A stretch of DNA of 64,000 nucleotides. Origin: Eubacteriales bacterium (lineage in GTDB: Bacteria > Bacillota > Clostridia > Oscillospirales > CAG-382). Positions within the stretch are counted from its first letter, which is position 1. The number at the start of each line of letters is the position of its first letter. This document shows positions 48,711 to 58,947 of this stretch, in pieces. The stretch is taken from positions 9,616-73,615 of the forward strand of contig JAZSRP010000043.1 of assembly GCA_045538555.1 (NCBI GenBank), in the 5' to 3' direction. The notes beneath the pieces are model-generated. The model saw only the letters and a list, made by a program, of their open reading frames with translations, was not told where the DNA came from and did no database searches. Made by a program: the position numbers and the translations under genes.

Positions 48711-49895
48711 ATGATGTTTGATATGAAAAGGTTTGCGCTTTTTCTATCGGAAAAACGCAAAAAGAAAAATATCACTCAAGGTCAGCTTGCAGATATGATG
48801 GGTGTTTCGCATCAAGCTGTCAGCAAATGGGAGCGTGGGGAGTCAATGCCTGAGATTTCAAAACTGGCATCGCTTTCTGATGCAATTTCTGTTCCTGCAG
48901 ATGAGATTCTTGCTGCAATGAACAGCAATGACGTATCTTCAACTGATCATAACAAATGTCTTGATGATCAATATTTTGCATTGCCGGACAAATCCTTGGT
49001 AGGTGATGTGTATGAGTTGGCACCTTATCTTTCAAATGATACTCTCACAAAAGCAATCATCGAGATAGTTGTATCAAAGGGAAGCGAGATTGCAAGTGTT
49101 TTGTTTCAATTTGCCGATCAAAAAACATTGTCTTTGATTGCAGAGCGTGCATTTGAAATGGATTGTACAAAGGGACGTGCACATTTGCTGCCGTATCTCT
49201 CAGAGTCAACTTTGACAAAGGTTGTTCTCAACAAATACGCAAATAATGAGCAGCATATATTGGCACAGCTTATACCAATGATAAAAAACGAAAAAGTACT
49301 TGATCTTGTATTTGAGATCTGTGTTGATAAATATGATGGGACATGGAATCTTCTCAGACCGTATATTTCGGAAATGCCCGACTCCATTGTAATCAAACAT
49401 GGAATAAAAATTGCTGTCAGAGTTGGTCCGGGTTGCTTCAATTCCTGGTGGCACTTATTGGGAAAAGACACCAGTGCCGAGATCTTGGCGGGGTATTGTC
49501 AGCGCTTTGATTATAATCCCCGCAGCATTCAAGACATTTCACGATTCATACATTTTTGTAATAAGGATATTGTTGAAAAATATTTCAAAGAAGCTGTACA
49601 ATCCGGAGTTGATGTTCAATGCTTTGTTTATGTATATCACCTTGTGTCCGATGAGACAAAGAGGTTTTTTGATTCAAAAAATATTGATGTATCATCCTAC
49701 GAAAAAAAAATCAATGACAATCTTGGATTACCTTTCTCAAGCTTTTTTGACTTTGCTCACAAAAACAGCACCGACAGCGTTGCTGAAGAAAACGGTTTTG
49801 ATGAGCGAATCACAGAGATTGAAGAAGCACTGGAGTTCTTGACCGAACAAATTGCAATCCTCAGAAATAAAATCGAAAATATGGAAAAACAATAA
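48711..49895 (+). CDS. XRE-family helix-turn-helix protein with large repeat-containing C-terminal domain and terminal coiled coil
   Basis: HTH segment ITQGQLADMMGVSHQAVSKWERGESMP. A PY[LI]S motif recurs three times. The C-terminal segment ITEIEEALEFLTEQIAILRNKIENMEK looks like a coiled coil. Confidence 0.75.
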   Translation: MMFDMKRFALFLSEKRKKKNITQGQLADMMGVSHQAVSKWERGESMPEISKLASLSDAISVPADEILAAMNSNDVSSTDHNKCLDDQYFALPDKSLVGDVYELAPYLSNDTLTKAIIEIVVSKGSEIASVLFQFADQKTLSLIAERAFEMDCTKGRAHLLPYLSESTLTKVVLNKYANNEQHILAQLIPMIKNEKVLDLVFEICVDKYDGTWNLLRPYISEMPDSIVIKHGIKIAVRVGPGCFNSWWHLLGKDTSAEILAGYCQRFDYNPRSIQDISRFIHFCNKDIVEKYFKEAVQSGVDVQCFVYVYHLVSDETKRFFDSKNIDVSSYEKKINDNLGLPFSSFFDFAHKNSTDSVAEENGFDERITEIEEALEFLTEQIAILRNKIENMEKQ

Positions 49896-49902
49896 TTTTT
49901 CA

Positions 49903-49940
49903 TAAAAAAAAGGACAGAAAACACTTCTGTCCTTATATTT
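49903..49940. terminator. Bidirectional terminator between convergent genes
   Basis: aggacagaa-aacac-ttctgtcct, with an A-run upstream and a T-rich tract downstream. Confidence 0.75.
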
Positions 49941-49950
49941 ATACATAAAA

Positions 49951-50874
49951 CTAATAATTGAGCATCTCGTCAAGGTTGTAGGGAGTATTTTGATACACAA
50001 AGTAGTTGAGCCAGTTTGCAAATAACAGGTGAGCATGGGCGCGCCATGTTGCAATTGGCTCAAGATTTGGATCATCATTGGGGAAGTAGTTCTTTGGAAC
50101 ATTTGGGTTCATACCTTTTCCGAGATCACGGAGATACTCATTCCTCAATGTGTCAAAATCATATTCACAATGCCCGGTAACATACACCTCTCTGCCGTTT
50201 TTGTTGGCTACAAGATATACACCGGCATCCTCGGATTTTGCCAGGAGCACAAGTTCATCTTTTGACGTAATGTCAGACTCGGTTACACCTGAAAATCTGG
50301 AATGAGGAGCGGAAAACTCGGGGTTGAAACCACGAACAAGCGGATGCTCCGGTACAAGTGTTTTGTGCCTGTAGACACCTGAAATTTTGTCTTTCAGCGG
50401 ATGTTTTTCAATACCATGATTATAATACAGGCCTGCGTATGCTCCCCAACAGACGTAAAGGGTTGAATATACGTTCTTTTTTGTCCATTCCAATACACGG
50501 CAGAGCTCATCCCAATAGTCCACGTCCTCAAATCCCAGAAGCTCAACAGGGGCACCGGTAATGATCATACCGTCAAACTTTTCGTCTTTAACTTCATAAA
50601 AAGTTTTGTAAAAAGCAGTGAGATGTTCCATGGGAGTATTCTTTGCTTGATGAGAGGCGGTTGCAAGGAGTGTAATATCGATCTGCAGAGGAGTGTTGGA
50701 CAAAAGGCGAAGGAACTGTGTCTCTGTCACAATCTTTGTTGGCATAAGATTGAGAATCGCAATTTTGAGCGGTCTGATATCTTGCTTGACAGCGCGAGAC
50801 TCGTCCATCACAAAAATATTCTCTTTTATCAGTTTTTCGGCCGCAGGAAGCGACATTGGAATCTTGATGGGCAT
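49951..50874 (-). CDS. metA: Homoserine O-acyltransferase, MetA family
   Basis: [21 protein letters not shown]...[24 protein letters not shown] and the catalytic-region VCWGA. Confidence 0.9.
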   Translation of the reverse strand: MPIKIPMSLPAAEKLIKENIFVMDESRAVKQDIRPLKIAILNLMPTKIVTETQFLRLLSNTPLQIDITLLATASHQAKNTPMEHLTAFYKTFYEVKDEKFDGMIITGAPVELLGFEDVDYWDELCRVLEWTKKNVYSTLYVCWGAYAGLYYNHGIEKHPLKDKISGVYRHKTLVPEHPLVRGFNPEFSAPHSRFSGVTESDITSKDELVLLAKSEDAGVYLVANKNGREVYVTGHCEYDFDTLRNEYLRDLGKGMNPNVPKNYFPNDDPNLEPIATWRAHAHLLFANWLNYFVYQNTPYNLDEMLNY

Positions 50875-50999
50875 TGTGTCCTCCGATAAATATTATCAAA
50901 ATAAGTATATCATTATAAACAGTTGTTTTCAATAGTTTTTTACCAAAACCTATGGAAAACGAAGGTATGATGTGTTATAATTTTTTTGAGGTGATATAT

Positions 51000-51635
51000 A
51001 TGACACCACATATTTTTGTTTTTGATGAAAATTCTCCGGATATAAACGCAATACGTGAATGCGCTGATATTATACGTAGTGGTGGAATAGTTATTTTCCC
51101 AACCGAAACTGTGTATGGAATCGGTGTAAATGCTCTTGATCAAAATGCAGTGAAGCGTCTTTATGCAGCAAAGCAAAGACCTCTTGACAAACCGTTGCTT
51201 TGCCATATCACCGGTATTGAACAGGCAAAAAAATTTGCATATATTGATGATCGGGCAAAAAAAGTAATTGATGCTTTTACACCGGGACCTCTTACACTTG
51301 TCGTGAAAAAACGATCTTTGATTCCCGATATTGTTACATCGGGCAGTGATACGGTGGGATTGAGGTTTCCAAGCAACAATTTGTTTAAATTATTGTCAAT
51401 GGAATGTGATCTTCCCATTGCCGCAACCAGCGCCAATATTTCCGGAAATGTGAGCGCAAAGGATTCTCAGGATCTAAAAAACGTTTATGGTATTGCAGAT
51501 GCAGTCATTGACTGCGGAAAATGTCAGTATTCGTTGGAGTCCACGATACTTTCGCTTGTTGATGAGCCAAAATTGATCAGACAAGGTGCTTTTTCAAAAG
51601 AACAGCTTGAGGAGGTGCTTCGATCATGCTTTTAA
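51000..51635 (+). CDS. tsaC: L-threonylcarbamoyladenylate synthase (Sua5/YrdC/YwlC family)
   Basis: GGIVIFPTETVYGIGVNA, KQRPLDKPL and AATSANISG. ATG 51000 follows GAGGTGA. Confidence 0.85.
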   Translation: MTPHIFVFDENSPDINAIRECADIIRSGGIVIFPTETVYGIGVNALDQNAVKRLYAAKQRPLDKPLLCHITGIEQAKKFAYIDDRAKKVIDAFTPGPLTLVVKKRSLIPDIVTSGSDTVGLRFPSNNLFKLLSMECDLPIAATSANISGNVSAKDSQDLKNVYGIADAVIDCGKCQYSLESTILSLVDEPKLIRQGAFSKEQLEEVLRSCF

Positions 51636-52219
51636 TTGGACTTTGCGGCAGAAGCGGCAGCGGAAAAGGTGTATTTTGCAATATTGCTTCGCAGCTCGGA
51701 TATTATGTTGTTGACTGTGACAAGGTTTATCACAACCTTATTTCTGCACCATCTGATTGCTTGCTTGAAATCGAAAAGGAATTTGGCAGTCAATATATAA
51801 AAAACGGAGCACTCGACAGACCCGCTCTTGCAAAATTGGTTTTTAATAACAACAAGTTATTGAAAAAGCTTAACAAAATCACTCACAAGCATATTATCGC
51901 TCAAATCGATAATATGATTAGTACACTGAAAGAGGATTCGATTGTAATATTTGATGCTCCAACTTTGTTTGAAAGTGGTTTGAACGAGCGATGCGATATT
52001 GTGGTTGGTATCCTGGCAAGTGATGACGATTGCATCACACGGCTCGTACAGAGGGACAAGATCTCCAGTGATAATGCGATCCTGCGCCTCAATAATCAAA
52101 AAAGCAACAAGTATATTGCCGAGAACAGCGACTATATTCTATATAATGATTCTACATTTGAGGATTTTGAGGCATCTGTTCGGGATTTCTTTTATGAAGT
52201 TGTGAAGGAAAATGTATGA
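51626..52219 (+). CDS. coaE: Dephospho-CoA kinase
   Basis: P-loop IGLCGRSGSGKG, then VVDCDKVYHNL, at about 197 aa. It overlaps tsaC by 10 nt. Confidence 0.85.
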   Translation: MLLIGLCGRSGSGKGVFCNIASQLGYYVVDCDKVYHNLISAPSDCLLEIEKEFGSQYIKNGALDRPALAKLVFNNNKLLKKLNKITHKHIIAQIDNMISTLKEDSIVIFDAPTLFESGLNERCDIVVGILASDDDCITRLVQRDKISSDNAILRLNNQKSNKYIAENSDYILYNDSTFEDFEASVRDFFYEVVKENV

Positions 52220-52770
52220 GAAGACGTGGATTATTGATATGCATTCTGTTATTGATTGCTTTTGCAGTTGGATGCGTTTTTGGTGTGAAAATCTACGAAA
52301 AACAAAGCTATCCCCAAAAGTACCAGTCTTATGTCACAAAATATTGTAGTGAGTATTCTGTGCCCGAGCCGTTGGTGTACGCTGTCATTCGGACCGAGAG
52401 CAGTTTCAAACCCGATGCTGTGTCTCCTGTAGGTGCACAAGGGTTGATGCAGTTGATGCCTGACACTTTTTCTTGGCTGGCACGTTTGATAGAGGTTGAG
52501 CACAAAGCGGAGACAATCACTGATCCCGAAACAAATATTCGTTTTGGCACATATTATCTGCGTCACCTTTATGACCGTTTTGGCAACTGGGATACTGCAC
52601 TTGCTGCTTACAATGCAGGTCACGGAAGAGTGACTCAATGGCTTGCGGACAGCCGGTATTCAGATGACGGTATTGTGCTGAAAAGAATACCGTACAAAGA
52701 AACTTATAATTTTGTTAAAAGAGTAAATTCTTCCACTGAAAAATACAAAGAATTATATTACGGAGAGTAA
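52216..52770 (+). CDS. Lytic transglycosylase (SLT domain), membrane anchored
   Basis: AVIRTESSFKPDAVSPVGAQGLMQLMP and AYNAG motifs, with an N-terminal TM helix. Confidence 0.85.
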   Translation: MRRRGLLICILLLIAFAVGCVFGVKIYEKQSYPQKYQSYVTKYCSEYSVPEPLVYAVIRTESSFKPDAVSPVGAQGLMQLMPDTFSWLARLIEVEHKAETITDPETNIRFGTYYLRHLYDRFGNWDTALAAYNAGHGRVTQWLADSRYSDDGIVLKRIPYKETYNFVKRVNSSTEKYKELYYGE

Positions 52771-52772
52771 AA

Positions 52773-54146
52773 ATGGACAGAGAAAACGCAAAAAAACTTT
52801 TGAGAACCCCACAGTCTACCATCGTTGCAAACAAGGCAAACCTTGAGCAGGTTGAAACGTTCAACAAAGAGTACCGAGTGTTTATTGATGAGGCAAAAAC
52901 AGAACGCAGAGCAGTTGAATATGCTGTATCAGCTGCAGAAGCACTTGGATTTGTTGAGTTAAAAGCAAATATGAAGCTAAATCCCGGCGACAAGGTGTAC
53001 AGGGTAACAAAAAATAAGAGCATCTGTCTGGCGGTTGTTGGCAGCGACGGGATGAAAAACGGCGGCCGAATTATTGCGTCACATATTGATTCACCGCGTC
53101 TTGATCTCAAACCTGTTCCTTTGTATGAGACGGGAGGTTTCTCATATTTCAAGACACACTACTATGGTGGTATAAAAAAATATCAGTGGACCGCATTGCC
53201 TCTTGAGCTTCAGGGAGTTGTGTATAAAAAAGATGGCACAAGAGTTGATGTCAATATAGGTGCTGATGAAAACGACCCGGTTTTTTATATTTCTGACCTT
53301 ATGCCTCATATCGGAAAGGACCAAATGAGCAAGGGTGCCGCAGAATTTATCCCCGGCGAGTCTCTAAATATCATAAACGGAAGCATGCCTCTTGATGAAG
53401 AGGGCGATGTCAAGCTCAACATTCTTGCCATTCTCAATGAAAAATACGGTATCACTGAGAGCGATCTTTCAACTGCAGAGATTACGGCAGTGCCTGCCCA
53501 AAAATCCCGTGAGGTTGGTTTTGACCGCAGTATGATTGCTGCCTACGGTCATGATGACAGAATCTGTGCTTTTCCTTCGCTCAAGGCTCTGTTTGATTGC
53601 AAGGTTCCTCAAAAAACTGCCATTGTTATGCTTGCTGATAAAGAAGAAATCGGTTCATACGGCATCACCGGACTTGGAAGCGAGACATATATTGATTTTG
53701 TATACGACCTCTGCGAGGGAACAGGTGCACATCTCCGCGACGCAAAGAGAAAAACAGTGTGTCTGTCAGCAGATGTTGGCGGCGCATATGATCCTACGTT
53801 TGCAGATGCGTATGAGGCAGGAAACTCTTGCTATCTCAACAAAGGTGTTGTGATAAGCAAATATACAGGATCACGCGGTAAAAGCGGTTGTTCTGATGCT
53901 TCTGCAGAAACACTGGCGCTTCTTGCGGGCATTTTTGATCGCGAGGGCATTGTATGGCAGGTTGGTGAGTATGGCAAGGTCGACCAGGGCGGTGCCGGAA
54001 CTGTTGCATCTGAAATATCACATTACGGTATTGAGGTTGTTGACTGCGGTGTTCCCATACTTTCAATGCATTCACCTGTAGAACTTGCATCCAAGTATGA
54101 TATCTATGAGATGTACAAGGCATCAAAAGCGTTTTTCATGAGTTGA
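52773..54146 (+). CDS. M18-family aminopeptidase
   Basis: IIASHIDSPRLDLKP, YYGGIKKYQW, HDDRICAF, ADKEEIGS and SMHSP motifs. Confidence 0.85.
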   Translation: MDRENAKKLLRTPQSTIVANKANLEQVETFNKEYRVFIDEAKTERRAVEYAVSAAEALGFVELKANMKLNPGDKVYRVTKNKSICLAVVGSDGMKNGGRIIASHIDSPRLDLKPVPLYETGGFSYFKTHYYGGIKKYQWTALPLELQGVVYKKDGTRVDVNIGADENDPVFYISDLMPHIGKDQMSKGAAEFIPGESLNIINGSMPLDEEGDVKLNILAILNEKYGITESDLSTAEITAVPAQKSREVGFDRSMIAAYGHDDRICAFPSLKALFDCKVPQKTAIVMLADKEEIGSYGITGLGSETYIDFVYDLCEGTGAHLRDAKRKTVCLSADVGGAYDPTFADAYEAGNSCYLNKGVVISKYTGSRGKSGCSDASAETLALLAGIFDREGIVWQVGEYGKVDQGGAGTVASEISHYGIEVVDCGVPILSMHSPVELASKYDIYEMYKASKAFFMS

Positions 54147-54187
54147 AAAAAAAAATAAAAGCCACTTACGTGGCTTTTATTTTTTTA
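54147..54187. terminator. Bidirectional terminator
   Basis: aaaagccac-ttac-gtggctttt flanked by A9 and T-runs. Confidence 0.85.
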
Positions 54188-54191
54188 ATTA

Positions 54192-55136
54192 TTACTGGTT
54201 ATTATCCGAAAAATTGGGGGAGGAAGATTCCTGTTGAGGAACAAACTGCTGTGCAGTCCCGCCAAAATTGTTTGTATCAGTCCCGCCGGAGATAACGGGG
54301 CAGGCAAGAATCGCTTTTGAGAATTCTGAAATAAAGGATGCAAGTATAAAATAGAAGAATATGTCAAAAATGTTACCGATAAAGGAAACCACGGTAGATG
54401 CATTAAAAACATTTTGACCATCTGCAGGGGCACCGATAAATCCGATGATAGCAAGTATAGTCCCAATTATCATGATAGTGGCAATCGCTCTATAAAAACC
54501 AACGATATATCCGGCTTTCTTAAATGTTGCCACACCAAGCTCCACTTGATTGCGGATTGCCTTGATCTGTCCGGAAATTTTGTGAAGTGCAATAATATAC
54601 AAAACAACAAAAATGAGAATTACAACAAAGACAACTGTGAGGATATTGTATACCAGTTCAAAGAGATCAATAACGCCGGTTGTACCAAAAAAAGTCACAA
54701 AGATCTCTTTGGGAATCTCTGTATACTTGTCAATTGTTGAAAAGATGATAAGAAAAATAAGAAGAGCCACACCAATGATGTACAATATTACATTCATAAA
54801 CACAGGGTAAAAACGAAGGTATCCAACGTTTTTTACTGTAACGTTTTTCTTTAGTGCATATGCTCCAAAAACGGTAAAAGCCAAAAACACAATAGGAAGA
54901 AGTGCACCGATCAAGGTTGGTACATCAAATTCCTGAGATGTGAGCGTGGAAATAGCAGAATAGATGGTCATTCCAAGAGAGATAGCCAACAAAATGCATA
55001 CAGTAGACCATTTTTTAGAAGAGAAGTAATATTTTATGCAGTCAAGGCGAGGGCTTGACGAAACAACATTGCATCCGCAATTTGTGCAAAAAGATGCATT
55101 GCTGTCCAATGGGGCGCCACAGTTTTTACAAAACAT
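54192..55136 (-). CDS. Zinc-ribbon domain membrane protein
   Basis: N-terminal CKNCGAPL..FCTNCG zinc ribbon, followed by about 6 TM helices. AAGGAG RBS. Confidence 0.65.
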   Translation of the reverse strand: MFCKNCGAPLDSNASFCTNCGCNVVSSSPRLDCIKYYFSSKKWSTVCILLAISLGMTIYSAISTLTSQEFDVPTLIGALLPIVFLAFTVFGAYALKKNVTVKNVGYLRFYPVFMNVILYIIGVALLIFLIIFSTIDKYTEIPKEIFVTFFGTTGVIDLFELVYNILTVVFVVILIFVVLYIIALHKISGQIKAIRNQVELGVATFKKAGYIVGFYRAIATIMIIGTILAIIGFIGAPADGQNVFNASTVVSFIGNIFDIFFYFILASFISEFSKAILACPVISGGTDTNNFGGTAQQFVPQQESSSPNFSDNNQ

Positions 55137-55222
55137 AATTGTACTCCTTTAATTATTTTAAATATATTATATGTTTATATATAAATTTTGTCAAGATTTA
55201 ATATGATTTGTTTCAATTGTTT

Positions 55223-55258
55223 AAAAAAATCAAGGGCTTCCGTTTAACGGGAAGCCCT
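55223..55258 (-). terminator. Rho-independent terminator after GH20 copy B
   Basis: Read on the minus strand: agggcttcccg-ttaaa-cgggaagccct, then tgattttttt. Confidence 0.8.
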
Positions 55259-55270
55259 AACAAATTTATT

Positions 55271-57898
55271 TTACCAGACGGTAACAGTACAGGAAAGTGA
55301 ATCTGATGAACGCTCTCGTGTTTCGGTATCAAAGATATAAATAGTGTATGTACGGCGGCCAAGATTCTGCGCCTGGAATTTTATTTGATACATATCGCGG
55401 TTTTGGTTGGAATTGAAAAATATCCATTCTTCAACATAAACTCTGTTGTTCAGGTCATCGTAAATACGAATATTCTCTTTCAACTCTACAAAATCATGAC
55501 CTTTCTCAACACCTACTGCAAATATAAAGTATTTTCCAAGATTTGCAGTATCGGTTCTTGAGGCGACGCTGAACAAATAATTGTTTTCGCTGACATCAGA
55601 GAGGAGCACAAGCTCGTCGCTAAGGCGTGTAAGCCGCGAGAAGTAGTTGTCAACCTTTGCTTGCTCAATATCTGCGTCAGAGTTCAAATATGCCTCTGCC
55701 TCAACTGCAAGCTGTTTGTATGCGTTGTATGACTCCGTAGTATAAGAAGCAGAATTGCAGTTTTCAAACAGATTCAGAGCATCATTCAGATCAGATGCAT
55801 CATATACGGGCTTATTTTCAAGAGAAGCAATTGCAGCATTGATAGCATCAAGCGCTTTGTTTACATCTGACTGAGAAGGATCGCCATTGAGAATCTCTCT
55901 GCCTGCATCAACAGCAGCAGTATATTTACCAAAGCTCTCTTTTGTATATGCAAATCTGTTTGTATCATAGTTGCTGTCATATTCTTCAATTGCGGCAATG
56001 AGTGCTGTGTAATCAGCGCCATATGTTATTGTCGCTTCTTTCAAATTGGCGGGTGCATTGCCAAGTGAAGAAATATCTGCTGCATAGTCTGTGTATGATT
56101 GGGAGGTGTTGGCGGTAGTTTCCCAGCACTTTGCCGCATTTGCACGGATGGGACCAATAGCAGTTGACATTATATAATCTTCTGTATACTGATTTGGTAT
56201 ATCACACCAGATTGCATATGCGCCGCCGGTTACATTGCTTCTGTATTGATTTGGAATTGTTGTCGGTGTGGATGATCCGGCAGGAATATCAATATAGGGA
56301 TTCCACTCGTTGTAGATCTTTTGAGCAGTGGCTCTCGGGCCGTTGTATGCGTTCAAAACATAATAATTGTAATCCTGGAGGTAATTGACAACATTATATT
56401 TTTCTGCATACTGTGAAAGCGTGTTGAAATATGGACTGCCCCATGGATTTGTCCAATAATTGATAGAAAATCCTGAGTTGAGTTGTACGACTCCATTCCA
56501 TCCGGTGTCTGTAGAACGCATTACGTCATCATTCCACATTCTGATATCATCAAAGCCAAGATCTTCTACAATGCCGTAAACGGTGTTCATGAAATAAAGG
56601 AAGGCATCATAGGCAACGGCATTATTGTTGCCGGTGATAGATTTTGCATAGCTGTCCCAGTGGGGGAGTGCCTGCCATCTGTTATATCCTCCGACAGTAC
56701 CCCATCCCAAAAGTTCATCGCCGCCGATATCAAACTTTGTGCAACCGAGCTCTCTGAAGAAAGTACCATATGCCCTGTAGAGTTCAAAAACAAAATCACG
56801 CGCCTCTTGACTTGCGATATCAATACATCTTGAGTATTGATCCGCTGTTCCACCGGCCGCACTTGACCCCTCTACAATGTAATATCTGTTGTTATAGTAA
56901 AAATAATTTCCGATACCAAAATTTGTATTTCCAAAGGTTGCTCCGGAAACGTTGTAGTTTGGGTCATCGGCATAGTTTGAACTGCCGGAATGGTACTTTG
57001 AAACCTTGCTGCTGTTCTTGTTGTACTCGTGGATAAGGTAATTTAAATGTCCGGGGGAATCAAAAGAGGGCACTATCTCAACGTGATACAATTTTGCAAC
57101 CTCAGCAATTTCACGCATGTCAGATACAGTCAAAACGCTATTGTCGGTAGGAACATTTATCGCTTGTGTGCACATTGCTCCATCACGACCCGCAACCTCT
57201 GCAATCCATTTGTAATCATCACTGAAATATGATTCATCAAGTGCGATACCAAGTCCCATTTCTTCAGAGAAATGGAGATAAAGTGTATTCATATTTGACC
57301 ATGAGATCTCACGAATCATTTCCTTGATCCAGTTGGGTGTAAAATACTTTCGACCGCAATCCAACGAAAGGCCGCGCTCCATCATATCGGGAGAATCGGT
57401 ATATGTCTGACCTACGATAAGGTCATCCCCAAGTATCAACTGGCGGATAACATATCTACAGCCATAAAAAAGTCCGTCAGCATCGGATGCTTTTACAACA
57501 ATTCTTCCGCCGACAGGTACTTCAATTGAAAATCCCTGAGCAGTAATGTTGTGAGCTGATGAAAGTGAAAGAACAATATCGTTTTCACCAATGCTATCTG
57601 CATCATCGCAATACTTGATAGGAAGAACTTGTGATGTACATCCCTTTGACTCAAGCTCTGATGCAAAGAGCTTTATTTGTTCTGCCAGATCAGTATCAGA
57701 TTTGTCAGAGATAGCAGTTTCAAGCCACACGATTGAAGTTTCGTTTGTGACTTTCCATTGAATACCCTGAGGCGAAACACCAAGGGAACCTGTGCTTGCA
57801 GCAATTGCACAGATGTTGGTGAATGAAAGCATGCAAAGCAGCGTCAACAACAGAGAAATACATCTGTTTGTGTTTGATTGGGGGTTTTGCTTCTTCAT
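55271..57898 (-). CDS. Secreted GH20 beta-N-acetylhexosaminidase-like enzyme with FIVAR-like helical repeats and C-terminal Ig-like domain (copy B)
   Basis: Signal peptide. GH20 barrel start RGLSLDCGRKYF, then SFDSPGHLNY and the catalytic pair in FDIGGDELLGW. Start set at the MKKQ Met (57898), after GAAAGGA, by analogy with copy A; the track start is 57916. Confidence 0.85.
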   Translation of the reverse strand: MKKQNPQSNTNRCISLLLTLLCMLSFTNICAIAASTGSLGVSPQGIQWKVTNETSIVWLETAISDKSDTDLAEQIKLFASELESKGCTSQVLPIKYCDDADSIGENDIVLSLSSAHNITAQGFSIEVPVGGRIVVKASDADGLFYGCRYVIRQLILGDDLIVGQTYTDSPDMMERGLSLDCGRKYFTPNWIKEMIREISWSNMNTLYLHFSEEMGLGIALDESYFSDDYKWIAEVAGRDGAMCTQAINVPTDNSVLTVSDMREIAEVAKLYHVEIVPSFDSPGHLNYLIHEYNKNSSKVSKYHSGSSNYADDPNYNVSGATFGNTNFGIGNYFYYNNRYYIVEGSSAAGGTADQYSRCIDIASQEARDFVFELYRAYGTFFRELGCTKFDIGGDELLGWGTVGGYNRWQALPHWDSYAKSITGNNNAVAYDAFLYFMNTVYGIVEDLGFDDIRMWNDDVMRSTDTGWNGVVQLNSGFSINYWTNPWGSPYFNTLSQYAEKYNVVNYLQDYNYYVLNAYNGPRATAQKIYNEWNPYIDIPAGSSTPTTIPNQYRSNVTGGAYAIWCDIPNQYTEDYIMSTAIGPIRANAAKCWETTANTSQSYTDYAADISSLGNAPANLKEATITYGADYTALIAAIEEYDSNYDTNRFAYTKESFGKYTAAVDAGREILNGDPSQSDVNKALDAINAAIASLENKPVYDASDLNDALNLFENCNSASYTTESYNAYKQLAVEAEAYLNSDADIEQAKVDNYFSRLTRLSDELVLLSDVSENNYLFSVASRTDTANLGKYFIFAVGVEKGHDFVELKENIRIYDDLNNRVYVEEWIFFNSNQNRDMYQIKFQAQNLGRRTYTIYIFDTETRERSSDSLSCTVTVW

Positions 57899-57999
57899 GA
57901 TAGTTCCTTTCATCATTTGTGCGTAACTATCAAAAGCAATTATTGAGGAATTGAATACAACAAATACAGCTTTTTGTTATATCAAATATCCTCAGGATA

Positions 58000-58034
58000 A
58001 TTTGATAGAAACATCACAAAAAATTTTATCAAAT
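58000..58034 (-). promoter_or_regulatory. Inverted repeat ATTTGATA-N19-TATCAAAT at the predicted transcription start of GH20 copy B
   Basis: Perfect 8-bp arms at 58000-58007 and 58027-58034. Two further TATCAAA copies lie at 57928-57934 and 57980-57986. Confidence 0.3.
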
Positions 58035-58040
58035 CACATT

Positions 58041-58069
58041 ATTATATACAATTTTACTAGATTTGTCAA
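58041..58069 (-). promoter_or_regulatory. Consensus sigma-A promoter for GH20 copy B
   Basis: Read on the minus strand: TTGACA (58069-58064), exactly 17 nt, then TATAAT (58046-58041). Confidence 0.65.
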
Positions 58070-58081
58070 GTATTTCATTGA

Positions 58082-58858
58082 TTAACCAAGCGCAACATCA
58101 AGCAGCATCATAACAGAAAAACCTATCGCAACACTCAAAGAGGCCACATGATCATTTTGGTCAGAATTTATATCCGGTATAAGATCTGATATTACCACAT
58201 ACACCATGGCTCCTGCTGCAAATGACAGCACGTAGGGAAGTGCAAAGCCCACAACAGACGTAATAGCTATTGTAATAATTGCAGAAATCGGTTCAACAAT
58301 TCCTGAAATCAATCCGACAAATAATGCTTTTTGTTTTGAAACGCCTTCTCCTGCAAGCGGCAAAGAAATCATTGCTCCCTCCGGAAAATTTTGGACTGTT
58401 ATACCCAAAACAAGTGCAAAAACCTCCGCTTCCGACACCAACGTGTGTGCTTCCAGCAATGCAGAAAGTACCACACCCACCGCCATTCCTTCAGGAATAT
58501 TGTGCAATGTAACTGCAAGGAACATTAAAAATGACTTTTTTCCAGTGTGCCTACTCCATCTTGCAGATTGCATTTTTTTCAATATATCATCAATTAATAT
58601 TAAAAATAACACTCCTACCAAAAATCCTGTAACGGCAGGAAACCATTTTGCAAAGCTGTTGTTTTCTGATAAATCAATTGCGGGTATCAAAAGTGACCAC
58701 ACTGATGCTGCAAGCATTACTCCCGATGCAATTCCCACAAGTGCTTTTTGTGTTATTTTATCCGCATCTTTTTTCAATACAAAAACCGTCAAAGCACCAA
58801 AAGAAGTACCAAAAAACGGCAATATAATTCCAAATATTATTTTTGCAGATTCACACAT
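58082..58858 (-). CDS. ZIP-family divalent metal transporter (ZupT-like)
   Basis: 8-TM protein with the HNIPEGMAVG and QNFPEG signature pair. AAAGGAG RBS. Confidence 0.85.
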   Translation of the reverse strand: MCESAKIIFGIILPFFGTSFGALTVFVLKKDADKITQKALVGIASGVMLAASVWSLLIPAIDLSENNSFAKWFPAVTGFLVGVLFLILIDDILKKMQSARWSRHTGKKSFLMFLAVTLHNIPEGMAVGVVLSALLEAHTLVSEAEVFALVLGITVQNFPEGAMISLPLAGEGVSKQKALFVGLISGIVEPISAIITIAITSVVGFALPYVLSFAAGAMVYVVISDLIPDINSDQNDHVASLSVAIGFSVMMLLDVALG

Positions 58859-58908
58859 AATTTATTTCTCCTTTTATTATGAGTTTATTCTGCAGCAAAT
58901 TTCTTGTG

Positions 58909-58941
58909 AAAAAAAGAGTGATGCAGTCAATAGCATCACTC
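58909..58941 (-). terminator. Rho-independent terminator after the radical SAM gene
   Basis: Read on the minus strand: gagtgatgc-tattgact-gcatcactc followed by T7. Confidence 0.8.
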
Positions 58942-58947
58942 AAAATT

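Larger units (their letters stand above)
55223..57905 (-). repeat. Segmental duplication, copy B (RBS + GH20 gene + terminator hairpin)
   Basis: By eye it aligns with 60064-62652 from the GAAAGGA RBS through the stop codon and the gggcttcc/ggaagccc hairpin. Protein stretches I aligned are roughly four-fifths identical, with an indel in the central region. Confidence 0.8.

Noticed and set aside
50875-50999. Looked for a SAM (S-box) riboswitch upstream of metA.
   Set aside because: The metA leader shares about 125 nt with the divergent tsaC gene, is AT-rich, and lacks the conserved S-box helices and a terminator/antiterminator pair.
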